Of a DNA stretch of 64,000 bases, positions 1 to 9,258 are shown piece by piece. The notes under the pieces are model-generated. The model was not told the DNA's origin, did not search any database, and saw nothing but the letters and a program-made list of their open reading frames with translations. The first letter of the stretch is position 1; every line of letters starts with the position of its first letter. The stretch covers positions 12,033 to 76,032 of the forward strand of contig NZ_JAWLCN010000015.1 of NCBI RefSeq assembly GCF_041687135.1. The letters are read 5' to 3'. The DNA comes from Vulgatibacter sp. Its GTDB lineage: Bacteria; Myxococcota; Myxococcia; Myxococcales; Vulgatibacteraceae. The position numbers and the translations under genes are program-made.

Positions 1-775
1 GGTTCTCGAGGACCCGCTGGGCGATGAAGCAGATGAAGTCCTCGGCGAGATCCATGTCCTCCTCGAGGTCCATGAAGGCGACCTCGGGCTCCACCATCCA
101 GAACTCGGTGAGGTGGCGGCGGGTCTTGGACTTCTCGGCGCGGAAGGTCGGGCCGAAGGTGTAGACCTTGCCGTAGGCCATCGCCGAGGCCTCGGCGTAG
201 AGCTGGCCGGACTGGGTGAGGTAGGCCTTGCCCATGTCGAAGTAGGGGACCTCGAAGAGCGTCGAGGTGCCCTCGCAGGCGTTGGGCGTGAAGATCGGCG
301 AGTCGACGAGCCGGAAGCCCTTGCCGTCGAAGTAGTCGCGGATCGCCTTCACGATGGTGTGGCGCACCGCCATCACCACGCGCTGGCGGTTGGAGCGCAG
401 CCAGAGGTGGCGCTGATCCATGAGGAAGGCGACGCCGTGCTCCTTGTGGCCGAGCGGGTAGTCGGGGGCGGCCTTCTGGACCACCTCGACGTCCTTCACC
501 CCGAGCTCGTAGCCGATGGGCGCGCGGTCGTCCTTCTTCACCGTGCCCCGCACCTTGATCGCCGACTCCTGCGGCAGGTGGTTGGTCTCGGCGAAGACCT
601 CGGGCGAGACGTCGCCCTTGAAGACGACGCACTGGATGACGCCCGTGCCGTCGCGGACCTGCAGGAAGTGCAGCTTGCCGGAGGAGCGGCGGTTGTCGAG
701 CCAGCCCCGGAGCTCGACCTCCTGGCCCTCGTACTTTCCGATCTCGTTGATCCATGCGCGCGGCAGCGTGCTCAT
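1..775 (-). CDS. asnS: asparaginyl-tRNA synthetase, first ~258 codons (3' end lies beyond the window start)
   Basis: Own minus-strand translation from ATG at 775-773: [43 protein letters not shown]...[30 protein letters not shown]. This shows an OB-fold N-domain plus class II motif 2 as in AsnRS. It is absent from the ORF track because there is no stop in the window. Confidence 0.85.
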   Translation of the reverse strand, partial: MSTLPRAWINEIGKYEGQEVELRGWLDNRRSSGKLHFLQVRDGTGVIQCVVFKGDVSPEVFAETNHLPQESAIKVRGTVKKDDRAPIGYELGVKDVEVVQKAAPDYPLGHKEHGVAFLMDQRHLWLRSNRQRVVMAVRHTIVKAIRDYFDGKGFRLVDSPIFTPNACEGTSTLFEVPYFDMGKAYLTQSGQLYAEASAMAYGKVYTFGPTFRAEKSKTRRHLTEFWMVEPEVAFMDLEEDMDLAEDFICFIAQRVLEN

Positions 776-1216
776 GCGGAAATTCCTCCGAAATTTGGCG
801 GCGGATGCTAGGGGCGGCAGCCGGCGATGGCAAGGACTGGCTGTGGCCGGTGCCGGATTGCCCCGAGAACGACCGGGGCGTCCGGATTCGTCCTGCGCGC
901 GGGGCCTCGACAGGATCGATCGCAGGCACCTATGATCCATCCATGAACCCGACCCCTGCAGCAGCCGTGACGAACGCCTCCTCCCGCCGCCCCGTGCAGC
1001 AGGAGTGGAGGCGACTTCTCGGCTGCCTGCGTACCGCGTAGGGCAGCAGGGCCCCGGGCGCGGGACCCGCCGGAAGGCCGGAGAAGCGGCCACCGACCCA
1101 CACCGATTTTGCTAGAGTCCGCCCGATTTGCGCGGCCGGTTGCGGCCGTGCGCGGGCATCGCATCGAGAGAGCCCCGAAGCGCCGCGCGCGCGGGGCCGA
1201 CAGGAGCCATACCGTC

Positions 1217-3703
1217 ATGCAGGAGCGCTACGAGCCCAGGGCAATCGAGCCGAAATGGCAGGACCGCTGGGAGCGGGAGAACCTCTTCGCCGCAGGGCAG
1301 CGCGGCGACCTTCCGAAGAAGTTCGTGCTCGAGATGTTCCCCTACCCGTCGGGCGCCATGCACATGGGCCACGTCCGCAACTACCTCATCGGCGACGTGA
1401 TCGCCCGCTTCGCCCGGATGCACGGCTTCGACGTGCTCCACCCGATGGGCTGGGACGCCCTCGGCCTGCCTGCGGAGAACGCGGCGATCAAGGACAAGCG
1501 CCACCCCGCCGACCGCACCAAGGAGAACGTCGCCTCCTTCAAGGCGGAGATGAAGCGGATCGGCTTCAGCTACGACTGGTCCCGCGAGATCAACACCTCG
1601 CACCCCGAGTACTACCGGTGGAACCAGTGGTTCTTCCTCAAGTTCCGGGAGATGGGGCTGGTCTACAAGCGCCACGCCTCGGTCAACTGGTGCCCGGGCT
1701 GCAACACGGTGATCGCCAACGAGCAGGTGAAGGACGGCCTCTGCGAGCGCTCCGGCGATCCGGTGGTGATCCGCAAGATGCCGGAGTGGGCCTTCCGGAT
1801 CACCCACTACTCCGAGCGGCTGCTGCAGAACCTCGACACGCTGAACGAGTGGCCGGACGAGGTGGTGAAGAAGCAGCGCAACTGGATCGGCAAGAGCGAG
1901 GGGACCGAGCTGGTCTTCGGCGTCGCCGGCGCCGACGAGAAGATTACCGTCTTCACCACCCGCTCGGACACCATCTTCGGCTGCACCTACGTCGTGGTCG
2001 CCCCCGATCATCCGCTCCTCGAGCGCATCGTACCCGAGGACCGCAAGGAGGGCGTGCGCGCCTTCGCGACCGAGCAGGCCCGCAAGGCCGCGGCGAAGGG
2101 GCGCGAGGAGGAACTCGAGAAGGAAGGCGTCGACACCGGCGCCAGGGCGATCCATCCCTTCACCGGCGCGGAGCTGCCGATCTGGGCTGCCAACTTCGTG
2201 GTCTCCGACTACGGCACCGGCGCGGTGATGAGCGTGCCCGCCCACGATCAGCGGGACTTCGAGTTCGCCAGGAAATACGGCCTGCCGATCCGCCAGGTGA
2301 TCCAGCCGGTGGGCGCCGACCGGCTCCCCGCCGATCCCACCGAGGCCTTCACCGAGGACGGCCTCCTCGAGGGGAGCGACGGCTTCGACGGGATGACCTC
2401 GGCGCAGGCCCGCAAGGCGATCGGCGCGAAGGCGAAGGAGGGCGGCTTCGGCGGCCCCACCGTCACCTACCGGCAGCGCGACTGGGGCATCTCCCGACAG
2501 CGCTACTGGGGCACGCCGATCCCGATCGTCTACTGCCTGCAGTGCGATCCGAACGAGGAGGGGATCCCCGTCCCCTACGACCAGCTGCCGGTGCGCATGC
2601 CCGACATCGACGTCGCCGAGGTGCTCACCGGCAAGGGCGAGCCGCCGCTGGCGAAGGTGCCTGCGTTCATCAACACCACCTGCCCGACCTGCGGCGGTCC
2701 GGCGCGCCGGGAGGCGGAGACGATGGACACCTTCGTCGACTCCACCTGGTACTACGCCCGCTACGTCGATCCGCAGAACGACCAGCTCCCCTTCTCCCGG
2801 GAGATGGCCGACCGCTGGCTGCCGGTGGACGTCTACGTGGGTGGTCCCGAGCACTCCACGATGCACCTGCTCTACTTCCGCTTCTGGACCATGCTCATGA
2901 ACGAGCTGGGCCTGACGCCGATGGAGGAGCCGGTCCGCCGCCTGATCACCCAGGGCATCGTCAACGGCCCCGACGGCAGGAAGATGTCGAAGCGCTGGGG
3001 CAACGTCGTCACCCCCGCCTCGATCATCGAGCGGCACGGAGCCGACGCGGCGCGGACCTTCGTCTCCTTCGCCGGCCCGCCGGACAAGGACATCGACTGG
3101 TCCGACGAGCAGGTGGAGGGCTGCGCCCGCTTCCTCCACCGCGTCTGGCGGATCGCCGCCGGCAACCACCGGCACGCCGGGGTGCAATACGACGGGCCCT
3201 TCGAGGGGAGGGCGCTCGAGATCCGGCGCGCCGCCCACAAGGCGCTCAAGCGCGTCACCGAGGACATCGAGCGCGTCTCCTTCAACACCGCGATCGCCCG
3301 GGCGATGGAGCTCGCCAACTTCATCGGCCCCATCGACGTGCAGACCGACGCCGAGAAGGCGGCGATGGCGGAGGCGGTGCGCCTGCTCGCGGCGATGCTC
3401 TCGCCGATCGCGCCGCACCTCGCCGACGAGATCGCCGAGGCCTACGGCGCCACCGCCTCGCTGCAGGCGCAGCGCTGGCCCCACTACGATCCGGCGCTCA
3501 CCGTCGACGACACCGTGAAGTACGCCGTGCAGGTGAACGGCAAGCTCCGCGGCGAGGTCGAGGTGGCGATCGACGCGGGCGAGGACGAGGTGAAGGCGGC
3601 GGCGGAGGCCGACGAGAAGGTGCTGCCGCACCTGGCGGGCAAGCAGCTGCGAAAGTTCGTCTTCGTGAAGGGCCGCCTCTGCAACTTCGTGGTGAGCGGG
3701 TGA
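1217..3703 (+). CDS. leuS: leucyl-tRNA synthetase
   Basis: Track ORF 1109..3703. The start is moved to ATG 1217 (MQERYEPRAIEPKWQDRWE). Class I signatures HMGH (GAMHMGHVRNY) and KMSK (GRKMSKRWGN) are present, with LeuRS-type editing and C-terminal domains. Confidence 0.95.
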   Translation: MQERYEPRAIEPKWQDRWERENLFAAGQRGDLPKKFVLEMFPYPSGAMHMGHVRNYLIGDVIARFARMHGFDVLHPMGWDALGLPAENAAIKDKRHPADRTKENVASFKAEMKRIGFSYDWSREINTSHPEYYRWNQWFFLKFREMGLVYKRHASVNWCPGCNTVIANEQVKDGLCERSGDPVVIRKMPEWAFRITHYSERLLQNLDTLNEWPDEVVKKQRNWIGKSEGTELVFGVAGADEKITVFTTRSDTIFGCTYVVVAPDHPLLERIVPEDRKEGVRAFATEQARKAAAKGREEELEKEGVDTGARAIHPFTGAELPIWAANFVVSDYGTGAVMSVPAHDQRDFEFARKYGLPIRQVIQPVGADRLPADPTEAFTEDGLLEGSDGFDGMTSAQARKAIGAKAKEGGFGGPTVTYRQRDWGISRQRYWGTPIPIVYCLQCDPNEEGIPVPYDQLPVRMPDIDVAEVLTGKGEPPLAKVPAFINTTCPTCGGPARREAETMDTFVDSTWYYARYVDPQNDQLPFSREMADRWLPVDVYVGGPEHSTMHLLYFRFWTMLMNELGLTPMEEPVRRLITQGIVNGPDGRKMSKRWGNVVTPASIIERHGADAARTFVSFAGPPDKDIDWSDEQVEGCARFLHRVWRIAAGNHRHAGVQYDGPFEGRALEIRRAAHKALKRVTEDIERVSFNTAIARAMELANFIGPIDVQTDAEKAAMAEAVRLLAAMLSPIAPHLADEIAEAYGATASLQAQRWPHYDPALTVDDTVKYAVQVNGKLRGEVEVAIDAGEDEVKAAAEADEKVLPHLAGKQLRKFVFVKGRLCNFVVSG

Positions 3704-4206
3704 GGCGCGGGCTCCTGGGCGCGGTGGCCCTCGCTGCCGCGCTCGCCGGCTGCGGCTATCGTTTCGCCGTCGGTGGCCCCGGCCTCCCCGACGGCGTCGG
3801 CCAGGTCCACGTGCCGGTCTTCGCGAACCGATCCACCGACGCGGAGGCCGGCGCGATCTTCGCCGAGGCGATGGCGGAGGCGCTGGCCCGGTCGGGCCAC
3901 GCCGGCGGTCCCTCGGCGCCTGCGCGCCTCGAGGGGACCGTCCTCTCCACCGCCTCCCGTCCCGCTGCCACCGGGCCCGACGGGCGCGACACGGGGCTCT
4001 ACCGCCTCGAAGCGAGGCTGCGCGTGGAGCTGCTGCGGCAGGGGCAGCTCCTCTGCGTTCGCGAGATCGCCGGGGGGGAGGACTACCTGCCCGCCGCCGA
4101 TCTGCTCGGCATCGAGGCCTCGCGCAGGCAGGCGCTCCGCCGGCTCGCCGGGCGGCTGATGGAGAGCGCGAGCGTCGAGCTCTGCGCGGTGGTGGCGGCA
4201 GAGTAG
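3700..4206 (+). CDS. lptE: LptE-like LPS-assembly lipoprotein
   Basis: This is the 3' tail of out-of-frame track ORF 1255..4206. GTG 3700 overlaps the leuS TGA (GTGA). The lipobox is ALAGC followed by GYRF as in LptE/RlpB. The leuS-lptE arrangement is conserved synteny. Confidence 0.7.
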   Translation: MRRGLLGAVALAAALAGCGYRFAVGGPGLPDGVGQVHVPVFANRSTDAEAGAIFAEAMAEALARSGHAGGPSAPARLEGTVLSTASRPAATGPDGRDTGLYRLEARLRVELLRQGQLLCVREIAGGEDYLPAADLLGIEASRRQALRRLAGRLMESASVELCAVVAAE

Positions 4207-4239
4207 GGGAGGCGCCTGGCCGGGCCGGGCAGGAACACG

Positions 4240-4299
4240 AATAGCGGGTACAGCCGCAAGGCCGTCCCGCTATTTCGCGTTCGACGCCGGGAGGCGTCG
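4240..4299. terminator. two stem-loops between convergent lptE and rpsT (candidate bidirectional terminator)
   Basis: AATAGCGGG (4240-4248) pairs with CCCGCTATT (4266-4274). CGACGCC (4282-4288) pairs with GGCGTCG (4293-4299). A TATTTCGCGTT tract lies on the plus strand after the first stem. Confidence 0.5.
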
Positions 4300-4303
4300 G
4301 AAA

Positions 4304-4576
4304 TTACGCCTGGGCGCTGGAGGCGTTGACGGCCTTGGCCAGACGGCTGACCTTCCGGCTCGCGCCACGGCCCTTGATGATGCCCTTGGCGGCAGCCTGG
4401 TCGATGGTCTTGGTCGCCTTGGCGAGGAGCGCGGTCGCGGTGGCGGAGTCGCCGCTGGCGGCGGCCTCGCGGACCTTCTTCATCGCCGTCTTCACGGTCG
4501 AGCGGATCGCGTTGTTGCGAACGTTGCGCTCGGCCGACTGGCGCATGCGCTTCACTGCAGACTTGGTATTGGCCAC
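4304..4576 (-). CDS. rpsT: 30S ribosomal protein S20
   Basis: MANTKSAVKRMRQSAERNVRNNAIRSTVKT... is a typical S20 N-terminus. It is 90 aa with a GTG start and an AAGGGGA RBS. Confidence 0.95.
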   Translation of the reverse strand: MANTKSAVKRMRQSAERNVRNNAIRSTVKTAMKKVREAAASGDSATATALLAKATKTIDQAAAKGIIKGRGASRKVSRLAKAVNASSAQA

Positions 4577-4603
4577 GTCTCATTTCCCCTTGGAAAGCGG
4601 CGC

Positions 4604-4633
4604 CTTGTAGCAGGCGCGGGACGTCGGTGTCAA
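4604..4633 (-). promoter_or_regulatory. candidate sigma-70-type promoter of rpsT
   Basis: Minus strand reads TTGACA (4633-4628), N18, TACAAG (4609-4604), about 25 nt before the GTG. The -35 is perfect, the -10 is mediocre, and the spacer is 18 nt. Confidence 0.35.
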
Positions 4634-4770
4634 TGCCCGAACGTCGCCGGTACGGCACACCTTCTCCACCGGGCGCCCGCCTCCTCCCTCGTTTCGGGGA
4701 TTCACTGCGGGGCTGTTGTGGGAAAAGGCGCCAGCGAAAGCAGAAACCCCCGCGATCTTCCGATCTTCCG

Positions 4771-4793
4771 CCCTGCTGCAAGATGCAGCAGGG
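4771..4793 (-). terminator. perfect 10-bp stem-loop downstream of mazG
   Basis: CCCTGCTGCA aga TGCAGCAGGG. There is no U-tract. On the minus strand it is followed by the tandem 8-mer GGAAGATC x2 (4754-4769). Confidence 0.35.
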
Positions 4794-4891
4794 TGGGGGC
4801 CTGCGCGAAAAATGCCCGAAAGACCGGGCGCAAACGTCCCCCTGCCCACCGCCAATCCACAGCTTCTGTGGGCAACCGATGGATCAGTCAA

Positions 4892-5785
4892 TCAGCCGAG
4901 CTCCCCCTGCTTCTCGAGGGCCTTGGCCTCCTCCCAGAGCCGGTCCATCAGCTCCAGCGGCGCCACCTGCCCCGCGCCGAAGCCCTGCTCGTGGAGGCGT
5001 TCCTCGACCCAGAGGAAACGCCGCTCGAAACGGCCGACCGCCAGCCGGAGCGCGTCCTCCGCCGGGGTGCGGGCGTGGCGCGCCAGGTTCGCCAGGGCGA
5101 AGAGCACGTCGCCGAGCTCGTGCTCGATCGCCTTCGGATCGCCGGAGGCGAGGGCCTCGTCCAGCTCCGCCAGCTCCTCGTCCACCTTGGCCCGGACGCC
5201 AGCCAATTCCGGCCAGTCGAAGCCGATCCGCGAGGCCTTCTCGGTGATCCGCTCGGCGCGCAGGAGGCCCGGCGCGTGGCGCGGGACCCCCTCGATCACC
5301 GAGACCCGCTGGCCCTTCTTCCGTGCCTTCTCCGCGGCCTTGAGCTTCACCCAGTTGCGGCTCACCTCGTCGGCGTCGGTGATCGTGACGTCACCGAAGA
5401 CGTGGGGGTGGCGGTATTCGATCTTGTCGGAGATGGCCCTGGTCACGTCGGCGAAGTCCCAGTCGCCGTTCTCCCTGGCGATCTCCGCGTGGAAGATCAC
5501 CTGGAAGAGCAGGTCGCCCAGCTCCTCGCAGTGGTCGCGGCTGGAGTCGCCCTCCATCGCGTCGAGGACCTCGTAGGCCTCCTCCACCAGGTAGGGCTTG
5601 AGCGAATCGAAGGTCTGCTCCCGGTCCCACGGACAGCCGCCGGGGGCCCGGAGCCTGGCCATGATCCCGACGAGGCGCGTGATCTCCTCGGCGCTGCGCC
5701 GCCGGGTCTGCTCGAGTTCCTTCTCCACCACACACCTCCGGTCCGAATCGCCGGCGGCCATAGCAGCTTCCCGGCGCGGCGTCAC
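4892..5785 (-). CDS. mazG: MazG nucleoside triphosphate pyrophosphohydrolase
   Basis: RLRAPGGCPWDREQTFDSLKPYLVEEAYEVLDA is followed by a second MazG repeat (ELGDVLFALANLARH). The start is ambiguous (GTG 5785 or ATG 5761). Confidence 0.9.
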   Translation of the reverse strand: MTPRREAAMAAGDSDRRCVVEKELEQTRRRSAEEITRLVGIMARLRAPGGCPWDREQTFDSLKPYLVEEAYEVLDAMEGDSSRDHCEELGDLLFQVIFHAEIARENGDWDFADVTRAISDKIEYRHPHVFGDVTITDADEVSRNWVKLKAAEKARKKGQRVSVIEGVPRHAPGLLRAERITEKASRIGFDWPELAGVRAKVDEELAELDEALASGDPKAIEHELGDVLFALANLARHARTPAEDALRLAVGRFERRFLWVEERLHEQGFGAGQVAPLELMDRLWEEAKALEKQGELG

Positions 5786-5820
5786 CGCCCGGAACTTGCA
5801 ACCCGCACGGGCGTGCTACG

Positions 5821-7935
5821 ATGCGCCGGATCGCAGCCCTTGCTGCAGTCGGGGGAGAGGTCGTCTTGCGAAGCATGCGCCCCATCGCGCATCTGGCAGC
5901 AGCCTGGTTGGTCCTGTTCGCGGCTGCGGCGGTGGCGGAGACGCCCGCCCTTCCCGTGGCGGCGGAGGCTACCGGTGTCGCGGAGCCGAGCGAGGAGGCC
6001 TGGGGCGACGAGTGGTTCGACTCCGCGGCGAAGGAGCGGGCGAAGGCCTTCGAGCAGCAGCTGGTGGAGGAGGCTGGCGGGGCTGTCGGCGCGCCGGCCC
6101 CCGCTGCCGACGAAGAGCGTCCCGCGGCACAGGCCCCTGCACCGGAGCGTGCGATCGTGCCCCCGCTGCACGGTCCCGCCGATCTGCAGGCGGTCTGGCG
6201 CACGCGCCGTGAGGCGATCCTCCGGCAGGACGCCGCCACCGCGGCGGAGGCGGAGGCGAAGCTGCGCCGGCTCCTCGTCGAGCTCGACGTCCGCGAGGTC
6301 CACGCCTTCGCCGCAGCCACGGTGCGCGAGAGCCGCAAGCTGGAGGCCTCCGCGCCTGCTGCAGCCCTCGATCGCGCGCGCCTCGCGGTGGCCCTCGCCC
6401 CCTCGCTGCCTCTGACCCATCTGCAGCTCCTCCGCACCCAGCTCGCCGCGGACCCGACGGCCTTCGGCACGATCCTCGGGATCGCCGCGGATTGCGTGGC
6501 CGCGGGCCTGGGCGATCCGCGGCACGTGCGCCTCCTCGTGGTTGACCTGCTCGCTGCCCTCGGCGCAGCGCTGCTCCTCGCCGGCGCCATCGCGCTCCTC
6601 TTCCTCGCGGTGGCCCACTGCCGCAGCTTCCTCCACGACTTCCACCACCTCTTCCCGCGGCGGATCTCGCGGCTGCAGACCGGCCTCCTCGCTCTGCTCG
6701 CGCTCGCGCTGCCGATCGCCCTGGGGTTCGGCCCGCTGGTGGTGGCGGCCCTGGTGCTCGCTGCGATCTGGCTCTACCTCGATCGCGCCGAGCGCATCGC
6801 CCTCGGCCTCTGGCTCGCCCTCGCCGCGCTCCTGCCCGCCGGTGCCGGCTTCCTGGCAGCGCGCCTCGCCTGGGACGACACCCGCGCCGCGTCGCTCTAC
6901 GCGGTGGAACGCGCCGGCGACTTCAGCTCGCTCCGCGGCCTGGCCGCCGTCGCCCGCGAGCCCGGAGCCGATCCCGAGACGATCTTCGTGGTGGCCCGGA
7001 GCCTCAAGCGCCTCGGCCAGCTCGAGGAGGCGCAGGCGCTCTACGAGCGGGCGCTGGAGAGCAGGCCCCGCTGGCCTGCGGCGCTGATCAACCTCGGCAA
7101 CATCCGCTTCCTCCGAGGCGACGCGGAAGGAGCGGAGGAGCTCTACACCCGGGCGATCGACCTCGACCCCGGCATCGCCGCCGCCTACTTCAGCCTCTCC
7201 CGGGTCCACTACGACCGCGTCGACTTCACCCTCGGCCAGGCGGCCCGGACCCGGGCGATCGAGCTCGATCGGCGCCTGGTGGAGAAATACGCGGTCTCCG
7301 AGAACGGCAGCGCGCCGGCGAACCAGTACGTGGTCGACGTGCCCCTGCCCGACGAGGACCTGGCGAAGGTGGCGGCGCGCAGCGAGGAGCCACGTCGGCT
7401 CGAGCGGCAGCTCACCGCCGCGATCCTCGGGCCGATCCCCGGCGCTGCGGCGCCCTTCTCCGGCGGGGGCTTCGCGCTCCTGCTCGTCGTCTGGACCGGC
7501 TTCCTCGCCCAGCGGATCCGACCGGCGAGCGGCTGCTCCCGCTGCGGCAGGGCGGTCTGCTCCTCCTGCGATCCGGAGTCCGCAGGCGGAAACCTCTGCG
7601 GCCAGTGCGTCCACGTCTTCGGCAAGCGGGCCGCGGTCGAGGCCGCAGCCCGCGAGGCGAAGGAGCGCGCGGCGAAGGCGCACCAATCCCGCCGCAGCCT
7701 CTGGTTCCGGGCGGGGGCCCTCGTCCTCGCAGGTCCCTTCCTCTCCGGCAGGATCGGCCGCGGCATGGTCTTCCTGCTCCTCGGCTGGTTCCTCGTCTTC
7801 CTCGCTGCCTTCCCCGCCGGCGTGGTGCAGCCGGTCTACGAGGGCTGGCCCGCCGTCTGGAAGGTGGCGCTGCTCCTCCCGCCGATCGGCTCGATCTTCC
7901 TCCTCGCCTGGCGCGACGCGCGCGGAGGCCGCTGA
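5821..7935 (+). CDS. multi-pass membrane protein with TPR repeats and a Cys-rich zinc-ribbon-like segment
   Basis: 704 aa with an N-terminal signal/TM and several hydrophobic helices. TPR-like repeats are present (LGQLEEAQALYERALESRPRWPAALINLGNIRFLRGDAEGAEELYTRAIDLDP). The Cys-rich motif is CSRCGRAVCSSCDPESAGGNLCGQC. GC3 is high. Confidence 0.6.
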   Translation: MRRIAALAAVGGEVVLRSMRPIAHLAAAWLVLFAAAAVAETPALPVAAEATGVAEPSEEAWGDEWFDSAAKERAKAFEQQLVEEAGGAVGAPAPAADEERPAAQAPAPERAIVPPLHGPADLQAVWRTRREAILRQDAATAAEAEAKLRRLLVELDVREVHAFAAATVRESRKLEASAPAAALDRARLAVALAPSLPLTHLQLLRTQLAADPTAFGTILGIAADCVAAGLGDPRHVRLLVVDLLAALGAALLLAGAIALLFLAVAHCRSFLHDFHHLFPRRISRLQTGLLALLALALPIALGFGPLVVAALVLAAIWLYLDRAERIALGLWLALAALLPAGAGFLAARLAWDDTRAASLYAVERAGDFSSLRGLAAVAREPGADPETIFVVARSLKRLGQLEEAQALYERALESRPRWPAALINLGNIRFLRGDAEGAEELYTRAIDLDPGIAAAYFSLSRVHYDRVDFTLGQAARTRAIELDRRLVEKYAVSENGSAPANQYVVDVPLPDEDLAKVAARSEEPRRLERQLTAAILGPIPGAAAPFSGGGFALLLVVWTGFLAQRIRPASGCSRCGRAVCSSCDPESAGGNLCGQCVHVFGKRAAVEAAAREAKERAAKAHQSRRSLWFRAGALVLAGPFLSGRIGRGMVFLLLGWFLVFLAAFPAGVVQPVYEGWPAVWKVALLLPPIGSIFLLAWRDARGGR

Positions 7936-9131
7936 TGGCGCTCAAGGGCACGCTCAAGGATTTCGGCGTCGCGGAGATCCTCCAGCTCATCGCGCAGCAG
8001 ACCAAGACCGGCGTCCTCCGTCTCCAGAACAAGGAGGAGGAGGTCCACGTCTGCTTCGACCAGGGCAACGTGATCCGCGCCGAGCAGGTCGCGGGCAAGG
8101 AGACCCACCTCCTCGGCTTCCGCCTGGTGCGCGCGGGCCTGATCACCGAGCGCGAGCTCGAGGACGCCCTCGAGGAACAGCGCCGGACCCTGAAGCGGCT
8201 GGGCGACGTGCTCGTCGCCAGGGGGACCGTGGGCCGCGACGAACTCCGGGAGATGGCCCAGCTGCAGGCCACCGAGACCCTCTACCGGCTCTTCACCTGG
8301 AAGAGCGGCACCTACGAATTCGAGGCGGGCGAGGTCGCCTGGGAGCGCGGCACGATCCACCCGATCCGCGGGGAGGCCATCCTCATGGAAGGCTTCCGCA
8401 TGGTCGACGAGTGGCCGCTGATCCGGAAGAAGATCGGCTCCCGCCGGATGACCTTCGAGCGCCTCAAGGACTGGTCGCAGGCAGAAGCGGAGCAGCCCGC
8501 GGACGACGAGGGCTTCGACGCTGCCTTCGAGGCGAGCTTCGGCGGCGACGCGCCGGCGGCCCCCGGCGCCGCGGTGGAGCTCGGTCCCAACGAGCGGCGG
8601 GTCTTCGAGCTGGTGCAGACCGGCCGCACGGTCGAGCGCCTGGTCGAGCTCTCGCGGCTCGGCGAATTCGAGACCTGCAAGGCGCTCTTCAACCTGGTGG
8701 GCGCCGGCTACCTGCGCGCGATCGCGCCGCCGCGGGACGAAGGGGACGAGCAGCCCGGCGCCGGCATGGTGCGGGCCCTGGCGGAGCAGGGCGCGAGCTT
8801 CGCGCTCCGCGTGGCGGTCTCGGTGGCGATGCTCGGCCTCCTCACCGGCATCGTGCACCTGGTCCGCGCCGACGAGGCCGCAGGGGGGCCCGGCGGGATC
8901 CGGGTGGAGGAGACGGCGGCCCAGCGCCTCGTCGGCCACGCGCAGCTCGCGCGGATCAGCGGGGCGCTCGAGGTCTACCGCCTCGAGGCGGGCCACTACC
9001 CCGAGGCGCTCGACGAGCTGCTCGAGGCCGAGCTCCTCGCCGAGCGCGACCTCCGCTACCCGTGGCACGAGCGCTACCACTACCGGCGCACGGCGGACGA
9101 TGCCTTCGTCCTGCTGCCGCCTTTCGAGTAG
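7935..9131 (+). CDS. DUF4388-domain protein
   Basis: This is the tail of track ORF 7605..9131. ATG 7935 overlaps the upstream TGA by 1 nt (TGATG). The N-terminus MALKGTLKDFGVAEILQLIAQQTKTGVLRLQNKEEEVHVCFDQGNVIRAEQ is typical of DUF4388. It has a C-terminal TM and a GspG-like tail. Confidence 0.65.
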   Translation: MALKGTLKDFGVAEILQLIAQQTKTGVLRLQNKEEEVHVCFDQGNVIRAEQVAGKETHLLGFRLVRAGLITERELEDALEEQRRTLKRLGDVLVARGTVGRDELREMAQLQATETLYRLFTWKSGTYEFEAGEVAWERGTIHPIRGEAILMEGFRMVDEWPLIRKKIGSRRMTFERLKDWSQAEAEQPADDEGFDAAFEASFGGDAPAAPGAAVELGPNERRVFELVQTGRTVERLVELSRLGEFETCKALFNLVGAGYLRAIAPPRDEGDEQPGAGMVRALAEQGASFALRVAVSVAMLGLLTGIVHLVRADEAAGGPGGIRVEETAAQRLVGHAQLARISGALEVYRLEAGHYPEALDELLEAELLAERDLRYPWHERYHYRRTADDAFVLLPPFE

Positions 9132-9258
9132 CGCGCAGAAAACGGCCTTGCGCCGGCGGTGGGCGAGTCGGAAGCTTGCGGGGTGAAGCGGGCCGCGGTG
9201 GGGAAGGGAACCTGCCGGATCCAGGTTCTCGCTTTTCCTGTTTGCACCGAGGAGTCTC

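Noticed and set aside
754-1041. 95-aa ORF in the asnS-leuS intergenic region
   Set aside because: It has no RBS, an odd composition and no GC3 bias, and it overlaps an equally poor minus-strand ORF. It is treated as non-coding.
1112-3631. 839-aa minus-strand ORF covering leuS
   Set aside because: It is antisense to a gene with unmistakable LeuRS motifs. Its Arg/Gly/Val/His-rich composition is typical of the mirror frame in high-GC DNA.
1255-4206. 983-aa plus-strand ORF
   Set aside because: It is an out-of-frame read through leuS (Arg/Pro/Gly-rich). Only its last 168 codons, from GTG 3700, are a real gene (lptE).
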